Assembly: GCA_964016885.1 (NCBI GenBank)
Contig: OZ024742.1
Coordinates: forward strand, 168,702,001-168,766,000
From: Eledone cirrhosa
Lineage: Eukaryota
Reading direction: 5' to 3'
DNA length: 64,000 bases
Positions within the stretch are counted from its first letter, which is position 1. Each line of letters starts with the position of its first letter. Positions 55,870-64,000 of this stretch are shown piece after piece. Below the pieces are notes generated by a model. It did no database searches, was not told the origin of the DNA, and saw nothing but the letters and a program-made list of their open reading frames with translations. A program made the translations under genes and the position numbers.

Positions 55870-58800
55870 CTCCCCTTGATTTTTTTTACAAATTATCTCC
55901 CCCTGATTTTTTTTTACAAATTATCTCCCCCTGATTTTTTTTTACAAATTATCTACCCCTGATTTTTTTTACAAATTATCTCCCCCTGATTTTTTTTACA
56001 AATTATCTCTCCCTGATTTTTTTTTACAAATTATCTCCCCCTGATTTTTTTTTACAAATTATCTACGCCTGATTTTTTTTTACAAATTATCTCCCCCTGA
56101 TTTTTTTTACAAATTATCTCCCCCTGATTTTTTTACAAATTATCTCCCCCCGATTTTTTTTACAAATTATCTCCGCCTAATTTTTTTAAATATTATCTTC
56201 CCTTGGCTGGCGGGAAATTATCTCCCCTTGGACGGCTGGAAATTATCTCCCCTTGGACGGCTGGAAATTATCTCTCCTCGGACGACTAGAAATTACCTCT
56301 CCTTGGACAGCTGAAAATTATCTCCCCTTGGACGGCTGGAAATTATCTCCCCTTGATTTTTTTTACAAATTATCTCCCCCTGATTTTTTTTTACAAATTA
56401 TCTCCCCCTGATTTTTTTTTACAAATTATCTCCCCCTGATTTTTTTTACAAATTATCTCCCCCTGATATTTTTTACAAATTATCTCCCCCTGATTTTTTT
56501 ACAAATTATCTCCCCTTGGCTGGCTGGAAATTATCTCCCCTTGGAGGCTGGAATTTATCTCCCCTTGGACGGCTAGAAATTACCTCGCCTTGGACGGCTG
56601 GAAAATATGTCTCCTTGGACGGCTGGAAATTATCTCCCCTTGGACGGCTGGAAATTATCTCCCCTTGGACGGCTAGATATTACCTCCCCTTGGACGGCTG
56701 GAAATTATCTCCCCTTGATTTTTTTACAAATTATCTCCCCCTGATTTTTTTTTACAAATTATCTCCCCCTGATTTTTTTTTACAAATTATCTACCCCTGA
56801 TTTTTTTTTACAAATTATCTCCCCCTGATTTTTTTTACAAATTATCTCTCCCTGATTTTTTTTTACAAATTATCTCCCCCTGATTTTTTTTTACAAATTA
56901 TCTACCCCTGATTTTTTTTTACAAATTATCTCCCCCTGATTTTTTTTACAAATTATCTCCCCCTGATTTTTTTACAAATTATCTCCCCCTGATTTTTTTA
57001 CAAATTATCTCCCCCCGATTTTTTTTACAAATTATCTCCGCCTAATTTTTTTAAATATTATCTTCCCTTGGCTGGCGGGAAATTATCTCCCCTTGGACGG
57101 CTTAAAATTATCTCCCCTTGGACGGCTGGAAATTATCTCCCCTTGATTTTTTTACAAATTATCTCCCCCTGATTATTTTTTACAAATTATCTCCCCCTGA
57201 TTTTTTTTTACAAATTATCTCCCTCTGATTTTTTTTACAAATTATCTCCCCTTGGCTGGCTGGAAATTATCTCCCCTTGGAGGCTGGAATTTGTCTCCCC
57301 TTGGACGGTTAGAAATTACCTCTCCTTGGACTGCTGGAAAATATGTCTCCTTGGACGGCTGGAAATTATCTCCCCTGGGACGGCTGGAAATTATCTCCCC
57401 TTGGACGGCTGGAAATTATCTCTCCTCGGACGACTAGAAATTACCTCTCCTTGGACAGCTGAAAATTATCTCCCCTTGGACGGCTGGAAATTATCTCCCC
57501 TTGATTTTTTTTACAAATTATCTCCCCCTGATTTTTTTTTACAAATTATCTCCCCCTGATTTTATTTTACAAATTATCTCCCCCTGATTTTTTTTACAAA
57601 TTATCTCCCCCTGATATTTTTTACAAATTATCTCCCCCTGATTTTTTTACAAATTATCTCCCCTTGGCTGGCTGGAAATTATCTCCCCTTGGAGGCTGGA
57701 ATTTATCTCCCCTTGGACGGCTAGAAATTACCTCGCCTTGGACGGCTGGAAAATATGTCTCCTTGGACGGCTGGAAATTATCTCCCCTTGGACGGCTGGA
57801 AATTATCTCCCCTTGGACGGCTGGAAATTATCTCCCCTTGGACGGCTAGATATTACCTCCCCTTGGACGGCTGGAAATTATCTCCCCTTGATTTTTTTTA
57901 CAAATTATCTCCCCCTGATTTTTTTTTACAAATTATCTCCCTGATTTTTTTTTACGAATTATCTCCCCCTGATTTTTTTTTACAAATTATCTCCGCCTGA
58001 TTTTTTTTTAAAAATTATCTCCCCTTGAACGGCTGGAAATTATCTCCCCTTGGACGGCTGGAAATTATCTCCCCTTGGACGGCTAGAAATTACCTCTCCT
58101 TGGACGGCTGAAAATTATCTCCCCTTGGACGGCTGCAAATTATCTCCCCTTGATTTTTTAACAAATTATCTCCCCCTGATTTTTTTTTACAAATTATCTC
58201 CCCCTGATTTTTTTTTACAAATTATCTACGCCTAAGTTTTTTTACAAATTATCTCCCCCTGATTTTTTTTTACAAATTATCTCCCCCTGATTTTTTTTAC
58301 AAATTATCTCCCCCTGATTTTTTTTTACAAATTATTTACCCCTGATTTTTTTACAAATTATCTCCCCCCTGATTTTTTTTACAATCTCCGCCTGATTTTT
58401 TAAAAAATTATCTTCCCTTGGCTGGCGGGAAATTATCTCCCCTTGGACGGCTGGAAATTATATCCCCTTGGACGGCTGGAAATTACCTCCCCTTGGACAG
58501 CTGGAAATTATCTGCCCTTGATTTTGTTTTTACAAATTATCTCCCCCTGATTTTTATTACAAATTATCTCCACCTGATTTTTTAAAAAATTATCTCCCCT
58601 TGGACGGCTGGAAATTATCTCCCCTTGATTTTTTTACAAATTATCTCCCCCTGATTTTTTTTACAAATTATCTCCCCCTGATTTTTTTTTTACAAATTAT
58701 CTCCCCCTGATTTTTTTACAAATTATCTCCCCCTGATTTTTTTTACAAATTATCTCCGCCTGATTTTTTTAAATATTATCTTCCCTTGGCTGGCGGGAAA

Positions 58801-60380
58801 TTATCTCCCCTTGGACGGCTGAAAATTATCTCCCCTTGGACGGCTGGAAATTATCTCCCCTTGATTTTTTTTACAAATTATCTCCCCCTGATTTTTTTTT
58901 ACAAATTATCTCCCCCTGATTTTTTTTTACAAATTATCTCCCCCTGATTTTTTTTTACAAATTATCTGCCCCTGATTTTTTTTACAAATTATCTCCCCCT
59001 GATTTTTTTACAAATTATCTCCCCTTGGCTGGCTGGAAATGATCTCCCCTTGGAGGCTGGAATTTATCTCCCCTTGGACGGCTAGAAATTACCTCTCCTT
59101 GGACGGCTGGAAAATATTTCTCCTTGGACGGCTGGATATTATCTACCCTTGGACGGGTGGAAATTATCTCCCCTTGGACGGCTGGAAATTATCTCCCCTT
59201 GGACGGCTAGATATTACCTCCCCTTGGACGGCTGGAAATTATCTCCCCTTGATTTTTTTTACAAATTATCTCCCCCTGATTTTTTTTTTACAAATTATCT
59301 CCCCCTGATTTTTTACAAATTATCTCCCCCTGATTTTTTTTACAAATTATCTCCGCCTGATTTTTTTAAATATTATCTTCCCTTGGCTGGCGGGAAATTA
59401 TCTCCCATTGGACGGCTGAAAATTATCTCCCCTTGGACGGCTGGAAATTATCTCCCCTTGATTTTTTTTACAAATTATCTCCCCCTGATTATTTTTTACA
59501 AATTATCTTTCCCTGATTTTTTTTTACAAATTATCTCCCCCTGATTTTTTTTACAAATTATCTCCCCCTGATTTTTTTACAAATTATCTCCCCTTGGCTG
59601 GCTGGAAATTATCTCCCCTTGGTGGCTGGAATTTATCTCCCCTTGGACGGCTGGAAATTATCTCTCCTTGGACGGCTAGTAATTACCTCTCCTTGGACGG
59701 CTGGAAAATATGTCTCGTTGGAGGGCTGGAAATTATCTCCCCTTGGACGGCTGGAAATTATCTCCCCTTGGACGGCTGGAAATTATCTCTCCTTGGGCGG
59801 CTAGAAATTACCTCGCCTTGGACGGCTGGAAAATATGTCTCCTTGGACGGCTGGAAATTATCTCCCCTTGGACGGCTGGAAATTATCTCCCCTTGGACGG
59901 CTGGATATTATCTACCCTTGGACGGCTAGATATTACCTCCCCTTGGACGGCTGGAAATTATCTCCCCTTGATTTTTTTTACAAATTATCTCCCCCTGATT
60001 TTTTTTTACAAATTATCTCCCCTTGATTTTTTTTTACAAATTATCTACCCCTGATTTTTTTTTACAAATTATCTCCCCCTGATTTTTTTTACAAATTATC
60101 TCTCCCTGATTTTTTTTTACAAATTATCTCCCCCTGATTTTTTTTTACAAATTATCTACCCCTGATTTTTTTTTACAAATTATCTCCCCCTGATTTTTTT
60201 TAAATATTATCTTCCCTTGGCTGGCGGGAAATTATCTCCCCTTGGACGGCTGAAAATTATCTCCCCTTGGACGGCTGGAAATTATCTCCCCTTGGAGGCT
60301 GGAATTTATCTCCCCTTGGACGGCTAGAAATTACCTCGCCTTGGACGGCTGGAAAATATGTCTCCTTGGACGGCTGGAAA
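55870..60380. repeat. Long direct repeat within satellite B, copy 2
   Basis: Matches 45125-49720 with few substitutions. The offset drops from 10739 to 10660 near 60190, consistent with loss of three oligo-T monomers (79 bp). Confidence 0.9.
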
Positions 60381-63300
60381 TTATCTCCCCTTGGACGGCT
60401 GGAAATTATCTCCCCTTGGACGGCTAGATATTACCTCCCCTTGGACGGCTGGAAATTATCTCCCCTTGATTTTTTTTACAAATTATCTCCCCCTGATTTT
60501 TTTTTACAAATTATCTCCCCCTGATTTTTTTTTACAAATTATCTACCCCTGATTTCTTTTTACAAATTATCTCCCCCTGATTTTTTTTACAAATTATCTC
60601 TCCCTGATTTTTTTTTACAAATTATCTCCCCCTGATTTTTTTTTACAAATTATCTACCCCTGATTTTTTTTTACAAATTATCTCCCCCTGATTTTTTTTA
60701 CAAATTATCTCCCCCTGATTTTTTTTTACAAATTATCTCCCCCTGCTTTTTTTACAAATTATCTCCCCCCTGATTATTTTTACAATCTCCGCCTGATTTT
60801 TTTAAAAATTATCTTCCCTTGGCTGGCGGGAAATTATCTCCCCTTGGACGGCTGGAAATTATATCCCCTTGGAAGGATGGAAATTATCTCCCCTTGGACG
60901 GCTGGAAATTATCTCCCCTTGGACGGCTGGAAATTACCTCCCCTTGGACAGCTGGAAATTATCTGCCCTTGATTTTGTTTTTACAAATTATCTCCCCCTG
61001 ATTTTTTTTACAAATTATCTCCACCTGATTTTTTAAAAAATTATCTCCCCTTGGACGGCTGGAAATTATCTCCCCTTGATTTTTTTACAAATTATCTCCC
61101 CCTGATTTTTTTTACAAATTATCTCCCCCTGATTTTTTTTTTACAAATTATCTCCCCCTGATTTTTTTACAAATTATCTCCCCCTGATTTTTTTTACAAA
61201 TTATCTCCGCCTGATTTTTTTAAATATTATCTTCCCTTGGCTGGCGGGAAATTATCTCCCCTTGGAAGGCTGAAAATTATCTCCCCTTGGACGGCTGGAA
61301 ATTATCTCCCCTTGATTTTTTTACAAATTATCTCCCCCTGATTTTTTTTTACAAATTATCTCCCCCTGATTTTTTTTTACAAATTATCTCCCCCTGATTT
61401 TTTTTTACAAATTATCTGCCCCTGATTTTTTTTACAAATTATCACCCCCTGATTTTTTTACAAATTATCTCCCCTTGGCTGGCTGGAAATTATCGCCCCT
61501 TGGAGGCTGGAATTTATCTCCCCTTGGACGGCTAGAAATTACCTCTCCTTGGACGGCTGGAAAATATTTCTCCTTGGACGGCTGGATATTATCTACCCTT
61601 GGACGGCTAGATATTACCTCCCCTTGGACGGCTGGAACTTATCTCCCCTTGATTTTTTTTACAAATTATCTCCCCCTGATTTTTTTTTTACAAATTATCT
61701 CCCCCTGATTTTTTTACAAATTATCTCCCCCTGATTTTTTTTACAAATTATCTCCGCCTGATTTTTTTAAATATTATCTTCTCTTGGCTGGCGGGAAATT
61801 ATCTCCCCTTGGACGGCTGAAAATTATCTCACCTTGGACGGCTGGAAATTATCTCCCCTTGATTTTTTTTACAAATTATCTCCCCCTGATTTTATTTTAC
61901 AAATTATCTCCCCCTGATTTTTTTTACAAATTATCTCCCCCTGATATTTTTTACAAATTATCTCCCCCTGATTTTTTTACAAATTATCTCCCCTTGGCTG
62001 GCTGGAAATTATCTCCCCTTGGACGGCTAGATATTACCTCCCCTTGGACGGCTGGAAATTATCTCCCCTTGATTTTTTTTACAAATTATCTCCCCCTGAT
62101 TTTTTTTTACAAATTATCTCCCCCTGATTTTTTTTTACAAATTATCTACCCCTGATTTTTTTTTACAAATTATCTCCCCCTGATTTTTTTACAAATTATC
62201 TCTCCCTGATTTTTTTTACAAATTATCTCCCCCTGATTTTTTTTACAAATTATCTACCCCTGATTTTTTTTTACAAATTATCTCCCCCTGATTTTTTTTA
62301 CAAATTATCTCCCCCTGATTTTTTTTACAAATTATCTCCCCCTGATTTTTTTACAAATTATCTCCCCCCGATTTTTTTTACAAATTATCTCCGCCTAATT
62401 TTTTTAAATATTATCTTCCCTTGGCTGGCGGGAAATTATCTCCCCTTGGACGGCTGAAAATTATCTCCCCTTGGACGGCTGGAAATTATCTGCCCTTGAT
62501 TTTTTTACAAATTATCTCCCCCTGATTATTTTTTACAAATTATCTCCCCCTGATTTTTTTTTACAAATTATCTCCCTCTGATTTTTTTTACAAATTATCT
62601 CCCCTTGGCAGGCTGGAAATTATCTCCCCTTGGAGGCTGGAATTTATCTGCCCTTGGACGGTTAGAAATTACCTCTCCTTGGACGGCTGGAAAATATGTC
62701 TCCTTGGACGGCTGGAAATTATCTCCCCTGGGACGGCTGGAAATTATCTCCCCTTGGACGGCTGGAAATTATCTCTCCTCGGACGACTAGAAATTACCTC
62801 TCCTTGGACAGCTGAAAATTATCTCCTCTTGGACGGCTGGAAATTATCTCCCCCTGATTTTTTTTTACAAATTATCTCCCCCTGATTTTATTTTACAAAT
62901 TATCTCCCCCTGATTTTTTTTACAAATTATCTCCCCCTGATATTTTTTACAAATTATCTCCCCCTGATTTTTTTACAAATTATCTCCCCTTGGCTGGCTG
63001 GAAATTATCTCCCCTTGGAGGCTGGAATTTATCTCCCCTTGGACGGCTAGAAATTACCTCGCCTTGGACGGCTGGAAAATATGTCTCCTTGGACGGCTGG
63101 AAATTATCTCCCCTTGGACGGCTGGAAATTATCTCCCCTTGGACGGCTGGATATTATCTACCCTTGGACGGCTAGATATTACCTCCCCTTGGACGGCTGG
63201 AAATTATCTCCCCTTGATTTTTTTTACAAATTATCTCCCCCTGATTTTTTTTTACAAATTATCTCCCCCTGATTTTTTTTTACAAATTATCTACCCCTGA

Positions 63301-64000
63301 TTTTTTTTACAAATTATCTCCCCCTGATTTTTTTTACAAATTATCTCTCCCTGATTTTTTTTTACAAATTATCTCCCCCTGATTTTTTTTTACAAATTAT
63401 CTACCCCTGATTTCTTTTTACAAATTATCTCCCCCTGATTTTTTTTACAAATTATCTCTCCCTGATTTTTTTTTACAAATTATCTCCCCCTGATTTTTTT
63501 TTACAAATTATCTACCCCTGATTTTTTTTTACAAATTATCTCCCCCTGATTTTTTTTACAATCTCCGCCTGATTTTTTTAAAAATTATCTTCCCTTGGCT
63601 GGCGGGAAATTATCTCCCCTTGGACGGCTGGAAATTATATCCCCTTGGAAGGATGGAAATTATCTCCCCTTGGACGGCTGGAAATTATCTCCCCTTGGAC
63701 GGCTGGAAATTACCTCCCCTTGGACAGCTGGAAATTATCTGCCCTTGATTTTGTTTTTACAAATTATCTCCCCCTGATTTTTTTTACAAATTATCTCCAC
63801 CTGATTTTTTAAAAAATTATCTCCCCTTGGACGGCTGGAAATTATCTCCCCTTGATTTTTTTACAAATTATCTCCCCCTGATTTTTTTTACAAATTATCT
63901 CCCCCTGATTTTTTTTTTACAAATTATCTCCCCCTGATTTTTTTACAAATTATCTCCCCCTGATTTTTTTTACAAATTATCTCCGCCTGATTTTTTTAAA

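Larger units (their letters stand above)
45125..64000. repeat. Satellite B: composite array of a 25 bp monomer (AAATTATCTCCCCTTGGACGGCTGG) and a 26-29 bp monomer (AAATTATCTCCCCCTGA-T(7-10)-AC)
   Basis: Both monomers share AAATTATCTCCCC and alternate in blocks of about 1-15 units, all in one orientation. Roughly 700 monomers (length divided by ~26 bp). Truncated by the gap and the window end. Confidence 0.99.

Noticed and set aside
45775-63777. About 60 short + strand ORFs (60-148 aa) as protein-coding genes
   Set aside because: They overlap in all three frames with the same cyclic peptides, mostly begin at TTG inside the monomer, shift with T-tract length and resemble no domain I recognise. 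They are translations of satellite DNA.
45125-64000. CRISPR array (constant core with variable intervening sequence)
   Set aside because: The core is only 13 bp, the intervening arms are 11-16 bp and of just two recurring types rather than unique spacers, and there is no leader or cas gene.
45125-64000. Canonical G-quadruplex or i-motif array from the C4-C5 tracts
   Set aside because: Tracts are separated by about 21-24 nt, far longer than typical stable loops, so this cannot be supported from sequence alone.
1-64000. Transposon, rRNA, tRNA or promoter/terminator elements
   Set aside because: No unique-sequence segment, terminal repeat or structured RNA signature is visible. The oligo-T tracts have no preceding GC-rich hairpin and no associated gene.

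Overview
The window is entirely non-coding tandem satellite DNA, most likely from a eukaryotic chromosome-scale assembly (inferred heterochromatic or centromere-proximal). Bases 1-44924 are satellite A, a TCCATT core plus a 5-10 nt A-tract (11-16 bp monomers, + strand almost free of G), organised into a ~3.58 kb higher-order repeat (HOR) with shorter and longer variants. A 200-N scaffold gap follows (44925-45124). Bases 45125-64000 are satellite B, built from two monomer types sharing the core AAATTATCTCCCC: a 25 bp GGACGGCTGG type and a 26-29 bp oligo-T type. These alternate in blocks and show nested duplications at offsets of about 1.46, 3.4, 8.43 and 10.74 kb. All listed ORFs are artefacts of the satellite. 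I see no gene, RNA gene, mobile element or CRISPR array, and no protein-coding novel system. The notable signals are structural: an HOR written largely in homopolymer lengths, invariant diverged cassettes, a relic domain, a two-monomer grammar, and dense homeodomain-like and GATA-like motifs whose function is speculative. Coordinates were read by eye and monomer counts are estimates.
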